Positions 26,101 to 36,316 of a stretch of 64,000 nt of DNA are shown piece after piece. The notes under the pieces are model-generated. The model was not told the DNA's origin. It did not search any database and saw only the letters and a program-made list of their open reading frames with translations. The stretch lies in contig OZ024740.1 in NCBI GenBank assembly GCA_964016885.1, positions 219,356,001 to 219,420,000 of the forward strand, in the 5' to 3' direction. Numbering within the stretch: position 1 is the first letter of the stretch; each line of letters opens with the position of its first letter. The position numbers and the translations under genes were made by a program. This DNA is from Eledone cirrhosa. Lineage: Eukaryota.

Positions 26101-27258
26101 GCCGGTGTTCTGGTGAAACAAGTAGCAGCAAGTGCCCACAAAATACTAGCTCTTTCAACTGCGCAGAGGGTTCTATAGAAATAGTGGACAGCTTCTGTTA
26201 CCTGGGTGACAAAATCAGCAGTGGGGGAGGGTGCTCTGAAAGTACAGTAGCTAGAGTCAGAACTGGATGGAAAAAGTTCAGAGAGCTTATACCACTATTA
26301 GCCGCTAGAGGGTTCTCCCTAAAAATGAAAGGCAGGTTATACGATGCCTGCATACGAACAGCAATGCTGCATGGCAGTGAGATCTGGGTATTGTATGAAA
26401 AGGATATACGCAGACTAGAGAGGAACGAAGCTTGCATGCTCCGCTGGATGTGCAATAGTAATATACGTGAACGGCAAAGCATAAACGAACTAAGGAAAAA
26501 ATTAGAAATAAAAGGGATCAGATGTTGTTTACGCGAGAGAAGGCTACGTTGGTACGGTCACGTGATGCGCATGAAAGACGACAGCTGTATAAAAAAGTGC
26601 AGGGCAATAGAGATAGACGGTAGCCACGGAGTAGGCAGACCCAGAAAAACATGGGACAAGCTGATAAAATCCGACCTCAAACACTTACACCTCTCCAAGA
26701 CAATGTCTCTGGACCGAGACCTTTGGTGCGACCGCCTTACCTAAATACAAAGTAAAAACCTACTACAGTCAGTAGGCATCTCTATCAAAACACCCCCCCC
26801 CGTCCCACCACCTCCACCCCATCCACACCGCCCCTTTCAATGTAAAGTTATGTTGGTCCCACAACATCCAGGCCGAAACAAATGAGATCGTGTAGGTGTC
26901 ACGACAAAAAAACACACAGTCCACGCTGTAAATGTGGCCGTGTAGGCAACACGGTAAAAACCTCCCAGCCCCACACTGTAAATGTGGTTGGTGTTAGGAA
27001 GGGCATCCAGCTGTAGAAAACCCGCCAGACAGTCCACGCTGTAAATGTGGCCGTGTAGGCAACACAGTAAAAACCTCCCAGCCCCACACTGTAAATGTGG
27101 TTGGTGTTAGGAAGGGCATCCAACTGTAGAAAACCCGCCAGACAGTCCTATGCGAGCAAGACAACCATTCTTGCCTCAAGTGGGAAAACCCCCGTCCAAA
27201 CCCATGCAAGCGTGGAACACGGACGCTAAACCTGATGATGATGATGATGATGATGATG

Positions 27259-27260
<2 letters not shown>
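23144..27260 (+). mobile_element. Near full-length RTE-clade LINE (family A)
   Basis: Sits between (TA)n tracts. About 0.5 kb 5' region (boundary uncertain), a single long ORF, about 0.5 kb 3' UTR with an internal duplication, and a (GAT)n tail. Confidence 0.9.
23670..26744 (+). CDS. RTE LINE polyprotein: AP endonuclease + reverse transcriptase with PHD-like Zn finger; probable start ATG at 23685
   Basis: APE motifs GTMNV, IQETR, AYAPQ, GDLN, VDY; RT motifs NYRGI, QFGF, FVDLEKAFD, GVHQGSVLSP, YADD, YLG; C-terminal RLRWYGHV..GRPRKTW. Confidence 0.95.
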   Translation: MFQPRMANITSSPSSPAPHRSHPPNAIPNFRVGTMNVGTLKHRSNKVVEMLERREVDVCCIQETRLKGVSSRFIVGKERCYKLFWVGNNNGLGGVGIMVAEKWADKIIDVNSVNDRIIKIRLVLNKTTVTVISAYAPQSGLPSAIKDRFYETLMLATSQITDSDYIVIAGDLNGHVGQHCDSYDGIHGGYGFGTRNEEGSRILEFCDANNLTICNTNFKKRDNHLITYRSGEHTSQVDYILTRRRDRVSVVNTKSLPHEEFPYQHKLIISDLIVRTRRTRQRKRTILRRKIWKLKDPIARNKFQSILLDAFDSKEEQLESYNIEEQWEFLRANLLTAADEVCGWSRPVGRRRVTWWWNSKVEESIKAKKQAWKVWRDGGSREDYQVARREARRQVYFARREAEERKFKHVLQREDQKREVFRIARQYVKENRDIVGEKCVLNDDGILAITDTDKKVAWKCHYERFLNEENKWEKDSLPQIDPIEGPAVLVEGSIISKAIKDMKTGKAAGPSEIVAEMLKASGSVGHTMVTRIVNQVVQNGVVPKEWRSSIIVNCYKGKGDALDRSNYRGIKLIDQVMKVTEKVIAQLIRERIDLDEMQFGFVSGKSTTDALFIVRQLQEKYLAKSKPLYLAFVDLEKAFDRVPRSIIWWSLRKLGVDEWLVRAIQAMYKETVSKVRINNEYSEEFSVKVGVHQGSVLSPLLFIIALQAITEEFKTGCPWELLYADDLTLIAESMTELKKKFQTWKHGLESKGLKINLAKTKVLVCRKWPCSVCRKGVGRNSILCPKCKVWVHKRCSGITGKLTKNIDFTCGRCSGETSSSKCPQNTSSFNCAEGSIEIVDSFCYLGDKISSGGGCSESTVARVRTGWKKFRELIPLLAARGFSLKMKGRLYDACIRTAMLHGSEIWVLYEKDIRRLERNEACMLRWMCNSNIRERQSINELRKKLEIKGIRCCLRERRLRWYGHVMRMKDDSCIKKCRAIEIDGSHGVGRPRKTWDKLIKSDLKHLHLSKTMSLDRDLWCDRLT

Positions 27261-27289
<29 letters not shown>

Positions 27290-28025
27290 CATCATCATAA
27301 TCATCGTTTAAAGTCTATTTTCCATGCTAGCATGGGTTAGACAAGTTGTCGTGTTTGAGGCAAGTTGGGTCAGGTGGCTGTGATGTATATATAATTAAAG
27401 GTTAATTCATCTCTAATACTTAAACATCTCAATCAGAGGAATCTCTTAAAGAAGCAATGTTATATATTAAAATTGAGAAAAAACTCTATTTATGGGAGTA
27501 CAAACAAGATAGAGAAAAAACAAAATTCTATCTAAAGTCTCATATATAGATCTCCCTAACATGGTGTCATATGGGGAAGAATTCTTATTGGAACCACCAA
27601 TAATTGAAGAATCTGCCATACTCTTCAGCGAAGTATGATAGGAGGTAATCGACGATATCACCATTTCTCACTCATAAGTGGTTGTCAAGACTACATATCT
27701 CCCCACTTTTGCTGAAGCTAAACTAAGATGTATTCTTATAGAATTCTGCTTATGTTTATGAGCTGATGAAACTCATTTGCATATGGAATGGTAGCCGGCC
27801 CACCATCAATTAAACATTTGCATTGGTGCTGCAAAATAGCGATATACATGTACATATTGTATATTCAACAATATATGGTATGTTTATGAAAAAAAAACAA
27901 AACAACACTGCTTTTAATGAAGCTAGGTATGTAACGCTCATCACAACCTTAAAATTCATAGCAAAAGACCTTCAAAATGTTTTTTCATAAACATACTATA
28001 CATATATATATATATATATATATAT

Positions 28026-28690
28026 ATTATGTAATAAACAACACAATAAAAATTATTCCATTACTCAATGTTTCACAAAGTTATACGATTCTAACAGAAA
28101 CGTCTGATATCGGTCATCAGATAGAATCTTTTCCTCTGTAGAAATTTTTAATAAAGCATCCTCTTATTATAACATGGCCTTTAAAAATAGTGGTTTCAAG
28201 GAACAAATTAAATATGTACCTACTCCTAATATTACTAAACATAATAATAGAAAAATAAAAATAATTTGGTTTACACTACCATTTCTTTAACAGTTAAAAC
28301 AAATGTAGGCAGGAAGTTCCTTGATCTTTTAGACAAACATTTCCCCCAACACCATGGGTACAATAGAATCTTTAATAGAAATTCAGTTAAGATTAGCTAT
28401 TCTTGTTGTTCATCTATGAAATCCAAGATAACCAACATGAATACGCATAGAGGAAATCCAGGATGTTCTCGCAGAAATGCAGAAGAATGTCCTTTATAGG
28501 TAAAAATGAAAATATTCTATCTGATGAGCGACATCAGACGTTTCTGTTAAAATCATTTAACTTCACGAAACCTTGGGTAATGGAATAATTATATTGTGTT
28601 GTTTATTACATAATTTAAATAGCTCTGTACTATACATAGAGCACTCTTCTTTCCTTTACTTTTCCATGGAAATACTTAATGGAAATACTT
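28026..28690 (+). mobile_element. Mini Penelope-like element with inverted ~105-bp pLTR arms
   Basis: Arms 28026-28133 and 28508-28614 are inverted. The interior encodes KIIWF..VKTNVGRKFLDLLDKHFP..IFNRNSVKISYSC..CSRRNAEECPL, the same lineage as 53002-53808. Confidence 0.85.
28513..28587 (+). ncRNA. Type I hammerhead motif with expanded stem II (mirror copy at 28054-28127, minus strand)
   Basis: tattctat CTGATGA gcga ... tcac GAAA cc ttg gg TA atggaata; 8-bp stem I. Confidence 0.7.
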
Positions 28691-28843
28691 AACATATATA
28701 TCTATATATATAAAGCTGAAATTTCAAAGTCAATGCCCTCTTTTACTTTCAAATATAAACATTCTCTGCTCCCATATATTGAGTACTTATCCAGTTAATG
28801 TTTGACAAGTTCTGTGTACATTTGTACATAAAACAACTATTTC

Positions 28844-29006
<163 letters not shown>

Positions 29007-30322
29007 GATGGGTTTCTGAAAGTTTCTGTCTAACAGATTCCTTTCACAAGACATCAGGTAATCTGAGACTACAGTATAATATTAAATACAGAACCACATG
29101 CCTGCAAATTGAACTTTTTAATCACCTAGCTATATCTACATCTCTGTGAAATGATATAGGAAACATTATACCATATAAAATGAAGATAGAGGTTTTGTTC
29201 CTGTCAGTCATTTGACAACCTGTCTATTGTTAGTGGCCATTGTAAAGTGGATAACAATTGAACATAGACAATATAGAGTAGAAAGGACTCTTTAATTTTG
29301 CCAAGTATATAATAACCTACTTAGTGCTGGTGCTACAGTAAACTGCACCTAGTACACTCTGTAAAGTGGTTACCATTAGAAAAGGTATTCAGCCATTTAA
29401 ACCAAGCCAAATATAGGCTATAGGAGCAAGATGTGAGACTCCAACCAGTCTAGTCCAGATTGTAATGAATCACCCAACCGCATTCTAGCATGGGAAATGC
29501 ACATATAATCATGGTGGTGATGACTCACCCCCCACCCATGCTAGCATGCAAAATTCATGTATAGTGGTGGTTGTTGTGATGGTGGTGGTAGAAATGATGA
29601 GATGATGATAATGCTGACGATGATGATGATGATGATAATGCTGACGATGATGATGATGATGGAGATGATGATAATGAGGATGATGATTAAGAAAGTTAAA
29701 ATAAAGTCCATCACTTCAAAATCAAAATAAAAAGTGAATTTAATATTTGTTGTTAGAATATTCAAACTATTGTTTGTGAAAGAAATTGTCATGACCATAA
29801 ATAACAAAATTATAATTAATATGTAAATATATTCAGTGTAGAAATAGTTAGTTAATTTCTGTTGCTTTTTACTATTTTCCCTTCTATTTACTTCCTCTAT
29901 GTTGCTGCTTTTATAATATATCATATTTGGAGATGACTTTAACTCTCGGCAATTCTAAAGTGTATATATTATGTAGGAATAACCAGTCTTTTGTTCTTTT
30001 AATCTTCTACTGATTTCACTCATTAGACTGTATCATTGCTTCAAAGGAATTTAGTCAGCCATATTCACCCTACAACTAATTATTCAAATCCTGATACTTA
30101 TTTTATCAATCTTTCTTTTTCTTTATAAAAACTGCTAATTTAAGGGACATAAACACAGACACAAATGTAAAAACAAACAGGATGACATACATACATATAC
30201 ACACACATATATACATGAACACATATACATACATTCATGCATACATACATATACACATAAATGCATGCACACATACACGCACATACAAAACATACATACA
30301 TATATACATACTTGCATACATG

Positions 30323-30600
30323 ATGGCTGGCCCCTCATTATCGAGTATGGCCATCACACGATAAAATATAAATATATATCATCATCATCATCAGCGTTTA
30401 ACATATACATTAATAATTAACAGTGCTGCGATCGAATGTGACTTTTTAGCCCAGCCAATGATCTAAAATGTCTTACACAGAGTTGGCAAACATGATAAAA
30501 ACATACCCTGGCAATAGCCAGCTGTGGTTGGTCATCAGGTACTTTTACATGTTGTTTGAGCACCCCTGCTGATCTACACTCTTTTCCACATGCTTGACAT
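30323..30600 (-). mobile_element. 3' end of a third RTE-like family with C-terminal C2H2 fingers
   Basis: CQACGKECRSAGVLKQHVK..CQLCVRHFRSLAGLKSHIRSQH*; its 3' terminal sequence resembles that of the element at 30644. Confidence 0.65.
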
Positions 30601-30643
30601 ACAGACATACATACAGACAGGCAGACAGATGCACACATACATA

Positions 30644-31248
30644 CAGGCTGCCAACTCGTTTTCGAGTACGGCCACTACTTTATATCCATGTAGGAGAACC
30701 CCTACCGATGCGCTGAACGAGTGTGACTTTTTAGTCCAGCCAGTGACTTGAAAACTCTGGTACAAACACTACACTTGTGACAATTATTGACACATAGTGC
30801 TGGGCCCATGGTACCATGTGACGACAAGTGCAGAGAGATCTCCAGTTATAAAGCAATGCCTGTGCCGTGAAGCTTTTATAGTGAGCAAAGGCACTGCACA
30901 AAGCCAGTCCCACTCTCTTAACCAAGATGATATTAACCAAAAAGAAGAACAAGTCAACATCATTGGATACCATCAGAGTTGCAGGTGTTATATCAGAGTT
31001 TTCCTTCTCCTAGAATTCTGCCTTGACAAAGGCTAAGGGGTCATCTCTCCCGGTGATTTTGGATGGCCATTGACTCTTAAGAGCTCCTCTGCCCTTTGAC
31101 AGGTTTTGTTTTTAGTCCTGCAGAATGTCCAAAGTCACCCTCCTCACCAAGAAACCTTGGTGGGGTTTCCAGTTTAGTCGCCAACAACCCGACCATGAGA
31201 CAGGTTGTACTGGGATACATGTTACCAGTAGCACCAAGTTGTGACCTG
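30644..31248 (-). mobile_element. Bipartite non-autonomous RTE-like element (5' UTR joined to 3' C2H2 end)
   Basis: The 5' part has ggcgactaaactggaaacc and ctaggagaaggaaaactctga (RTE 5' UTR-like motifs). The 3' part encodes CSVCTRVFKSLAGLKSHTRSAHR*. Both flanks are (TACA)n. Confidence 0.6.
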
Positions 31249-31281
<33 letters not shown>

Positions 31282-32076
31282 CATACATATATACAGGCAG
31301 GTAGACAGATACACACACACACACACATGCACATATACGTATATACACACATAGCTGATTTCTTGAAGGGCACAATTAATGTGCAAGGAATGTATTTCAT
31401 GAGACATGGACAGTGAACACAGAGGATATGTGAAGGCTGGAGAGAAATGTAGCAAGCCTGCTTCAATGGATGCCTACCAGATTTCACTCACAAGGCATTG
31501 GTCAGTTCAAGGCTATAATAGAAGACAATTGTTGAAGGTGCCACCACAAAGAGTATGCAGGTAATCACAAGGTTATACAACAAATTCCTGAACCACACAG
31601 TCATGCCTGTGTGCCTATAAACATGGAAAATATGTGAATGAGGGTGAAAACTTATTTATTTATCAATGAATTACGCTGTGTAAAAAATATAAAGGTATTA
31701 TCCTAAAGTTATTTATTGATTCTATGAATGTAAAGTAGTAAATATGGAGGAGGAGGGGGAGGATGAGAAGGAGGATGGGGATATTGCTACGTTATTGTGC
31801 TTAGATTGAAGCTTGAGGGAAATAAAATGGTATGTAATTGAAATTGAAGCTACACATCTGGCTATTGTTGGGTAGCAGCACCTATATTGTCAGATTTACT
31901 TGACAGCCATATAACATAATCTGCTCAGCTATAATCTTTAAAGTATGAATGTAATAAAGAAAGAATTGATATTGAAGTATATATAGTAAAACAAGACAGA
32001 CACATATAGCTATTTATAATGCTTATTGAAGTTTCTTAATGAAATTATATTCAATATTGATTTTACTTTCTTTCAG

Positions 32077-32194
32077 CAACCAGTGGAAAGAAATTTGGTA
32101 CCTGGCCAGAATACTATGCTGGTGTGTTCCCCCAATGCTCTTCACACCGCTGCCATAACTGGAGACTATGCAGAACTGGCAAGACTCTTACATT
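32077..32194 (+). CDS. Candidate internal exon of a host ankyrin-repeat protein gene
   Basis: Polypyrimidine acceptor ttttactttctttcAG and donor GTATGT. It encodes QPVERNLVPGQNTMLVCSPNALHTAAITGDYAELARLLH, where ALHxAAxxG..LL is an ankyrin helix pair. Phase 0 to phase 1. Confidence 0.65.
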
Positions 32195-32430
32195 GTATGT
32201 TGCTTACTTGTTTTTCACAACTTCAGATTTTTTTTTTTTTTGTTTTTTTTTTTTTTTGAGTATTCATTTTTTTATTTTTTTATTTTTCTCTTTTGAGTAT
32301 GAAAATCTACTTCTGAAATGTGTAATATATAAAATAGAAAGAGAATTTAGGTACATTTGATATGGACACAATATGTTTGGTGTTAACATATAGCAACAGA
32401 TGTGTTAAAGTGTAAAACAATATTTCTCTC

Positions 32431-32465
<35 letters not shown>

Positions 32466-32489
32466 GAAGTAATTATGTTGTTTATTACA

Positions 32490-32493
<4 letters not shown>

Positions 32494-32536
<43 letters not shown>

Positions 32537-33175
32537 ATATATATGTATGTATATATATAAGTATGTATATATGTATGTATATATATAAGTATGTATATAT
32601 GTATGTATATATATATGTATGTATATATATATGTATGTATATATATATGTATGTATATATATATGTATGTATATATGTATGTATATATATATGTATGTAT
32701 ATATATATGTATGTATATATATATATGTATATATGTATGTATATATATATATGTATGTATATATATATATATATATGTGTATATATGTATATATGTATGT
32801 ATATATGTATATATGTATATATGTATATATGTATGTATGTATATATGTATGTATGTATATATGTATGTATGTATATATATATATATGTGTATATATGTAT
32901 ATATGTATGTATATATGTATATATGTATATATGTATGTATGTATATATATATGTATATATGTATGTATATATATATGTATATATGTATGTATGTATATAT
33001 GTATGTATGTATATATATATATATGTGTATATATGTATATATGTATGTATATATGTATATATGTATATATGTATGTATGTATATATATATGTATATATGT
33101 ATGTATATATATATGTATATATGTATGTATGTATATATATGTATATATGTATATATGTATATATGTATATATGTA
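32494..33175. repeat. Compound (TA)n/(TATG)n microsatellite, about 680 bp
   Basis: Direct inspection; source of the Y/I/M/H-rich spurious ORFs. Confidence 0.97.
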
Positions 33176-33490
33176 TTGTTATACTTGGGGAGGGTCATAT
33201 TTGCGTAATATTGCCAGAATTAATAACAGAACACACTCACTGTTTGGTTGGTTTTCGCTTCTCGCTGTCTTTTATATCTGCGATCTAACTTACTCGGTCC
33301 TCAATGTTGCCATTGACTGACCGACGGTAAAAAATAATACAGATACAATATAGACACAAACACATATATATAGTTTACATAATTTACATAAATCTTTCGT
33401 TGCACATCTGCAACATCGTCAGTGGTGTTATATTTTTTCCTCCTGTTGTGTTGTATGTCTACACCATTTTTTATTCAGTCTGTATATATG

Positions 33491-33521
<31 letters not shown>

Positions 33522-33537
33522 GTGTATATATATATAT

Positions 33538-34122
33538 CATCATCATCATCATTTTACGTCTGCTTTTCCCTGCTTGCAAAGGTGGAATGGATCCTATTCA
33601 GCACAGCATCTCTCCACTTGTCATGGTCCTGCATCATCTCCTCGGTGAGTTTCAGCGATCTGAGGTCTGCTCTCACCACCTCTGCCCATGTTTTTCGTGG
33701 TCTACCTCTATTGTGTCTTCCTTCTACTGAGATTTCTTGGCACTTCTTTACCCAGCGGTCATCATCCATGTGCATCACATGTCCATACCATCTCAGCCTT
33801 CTCTCCTGCACACCACAACTTATCCCTCTTATACGCAGTTTCTTTCTCAACTCGTCTATGCTTGGTCGTTCATGCACATTGGCATTGCACATCCAACACA
33901 GCATACTTGCTTCATTTCTCTCCTGCCTTCGCATATCTTCTGCAGTTGCTGCCGATGTCTCACTACCATGCAGCATCGCGCATCTCACACAGGCATCATC
34001 TAACCGTCCTTTCATACGCAGGGAGAAAATCTTCTTTGTCAACTGAGGAAGTAACTCCCTAAACTTCTTCCAACCCGTCATTATTCTAGATACTATGGCC
34101 TCGGAACACCCCCCTCCCATGC
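33538..34122 (-). mobile_element. RTE LINE 3' fragment (family B)
   Basis: ORF 33554-34120 MGGGCSEAIVSRI..RLRWYGHV..ASREKQT* runs directly into the (GAT)n tail. Confidence 0.92.
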
Positions 34123-34274
34123 TCCCATAATGTATATGTATATAGTGAAAGAATGAAGAATAACATGTATATGTATATATATATGTATTCAGGTTTGAGG
34201 TTCACCACTGTATAGAGCTGGTCTATTCCGTATGGTCAATCGTAATGCAATAATATATATATGTATATATATGT

Positions 34275-34553
34275 ATCATCATCATCATCATTTCATTTTA
34301 CGTTCGCTTTTCCCTGCTTGCAAGGGTGGGACGGGAACTGATTCTGGCTTGATTTCTATAGCTGGATGCCCTTCCTAACACCAACCTCATTTACAGTGAG
34401 TGCTGGGTGCTTTTTTGCCGTGGCATCTCCACGACCACTTTGCATTTCTACAGCTGAGTAAACTGGAAACAACACATCACCCGGTCTGAGAATTGAACTC
34501 ACAACCTTTCGATTGCAAGGCCAATGCTCTAACCACTAAGCCATGTGCCTCCT
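34275..34553 (-). mobile_element. Young SINE copy with internal deletions
   Basis: Same head and tail as 17648-17967. Confidence 0.85.
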
Positions 34554-34568
34554 GTGTATGTATATATG

Positions 34569-34610
<42 letters not shown>

Positions 34611-34679
34611 TATAGATATATGTGTGTATATGTATATGTATATACATATATATGTATGTATATATATATATATATATAT

Positions 34680-35030
34680 TAACAAAATACATCCCCGTCC
34701 CACCACTCCCACCCCATCCACGCCGCCCCTTTCAATGTAAAGTTATGTTGGTGCCACAACATCCAGGCCGAAACAAATGAGATCGTGTAGGTGTCACAAC
34801 AAAAAAACACACAGTCCACGCTGTAATGTGGCCGTGTAGGCAACACGGTGAAAACCTCCCAATCCCACACTGTAAATGTGGTTGGTGTTAGGAAGGGCAT
34901 CCAGCTGTAGAAAACCTGCCAGACAGTCCTATGCGAACAAGACAACCACTCTTGCCTCAAGTGGGAAAACTCCCGTCCAAACCCATGCAAGCGTGGAACA
35001 TGGACGTTAAACGATGATGATGATGATGAT
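34680..35030 (+). mobile_element. RTE family A, 3' UTR only
   Basis: Matches about 26785-27260 without the internal duplication; (GAT)n tail. Confidence 0.9.
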
Positions 35031-35067
35031 ATATATATATATATATATATATGTATCATCAGCATCA

Positions 35068-35365
35068 TGGCTTGATTTCTACAGCTGGATGCCCTTCCTA
35101 ACACCAACTTTATTTACAGTGAGTGCTGGGTGATTTTTTGCAGTGTGGGCTGGGTGATATTTTGCTGTGGCACCTCCACGACTACTTTGCAGTGAAATGA
35201 TAGGGACCCCAGTCCTATCATCTCATTTCTACAGTTGAGTAAACTGGAGCAATGTGAAATAAAGTGTCTTGCTCAAGGAAACAACACATCACCCAGTCTG
35301 AGAATTGAACTCACAACCTTTTGATTGCAAGGCCAATGCTCTAACCACTAAGCCATGTGCCTCCA
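35068..35365 (-). mobile_element. Young SINE copy
   Basis: Same A and B boxes and body as 17648. Confidence 0.85.
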
Positions 35366-35440
35366 TATACATATATATATATATGTATACATATATATAT
35401 ATATATATATTCACATATATATATACATATGCACATATAC

Positions 35441-35494
<54 letters not shown>

Positions 35495-36316
35495 GTAGAT
35501 ATATATATATATGAATATGTATATATATATATATGAATATGTATATATTTCGTTTCTGAATTTGTTTAGCAAGATTCTTTATCTGAAATCGTGTGTTGAA
35601 ACCGATATTGTTATACTTTGGGAGGGTCATGTTGCCAATAAGAAACACACGCACCAGTTGCTTTCACTTCAATTTATTATATATTTATAAATTTACAAAT
35701 TTATAAATTTATAAATTTCTGGTTGGTTGGTTGGTTCCACAACCAGATAGTTGTTTATATATAGTCATAGTCCTTTCGTCACACACTCTGTGACCTCTTC
35801 AGTGACTGGGGATTCCTTTCTTTGTTTCTGTGCCTCTCCTTTGTTCTGTCCTACACCATTTTGTTTCTGTGTGTGTGTTGTGTGCTCAGTTTGCGCATGC
35901 GCCACATCCGGGTGTCTGTGTGTGTTTATGTTCATTTATCTATTTATTTATTTATTTATTTATTTACATGTTATTGGTTGGTTGTTTGTTCTATGTGTGT
36001 GTGTGTTTTCATTTTGTCCTTAATTGTAAGTTGTGATGTTACTGTTCCACTCATATTTTCTATTTAATTTTGGTTGTAATTCTTTTATGTTTATTGCCTC
36101 TGTAATTTGTCTAAACATTGCATCTTTTCTGTGTGTAGATTCTATTTTTATTTCTATGTTCTCTAATTTACCCTTGTGTTCTATCTTAGCATGTTGGTAG
36201 AGTACAGATGATTCTTTATTATCTTGAAGGTCTCGCCAGTGTTCATTTATTCGTTCCCCTATACTACGAGCTGTCTCACCTATGTACACTATATTTTTGT
36301 TTCTACATTGTTTCTA

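Noticed and set aside
32485-33320. Long ORFs of 200-250 aa
   Set aside because: They are translations of (TA)n/(TATG)n microsatellite; the same applies to ORFs near 16.7-17.1, 21.8-22.3, 28.8, 59.3 and 59.9 kb.
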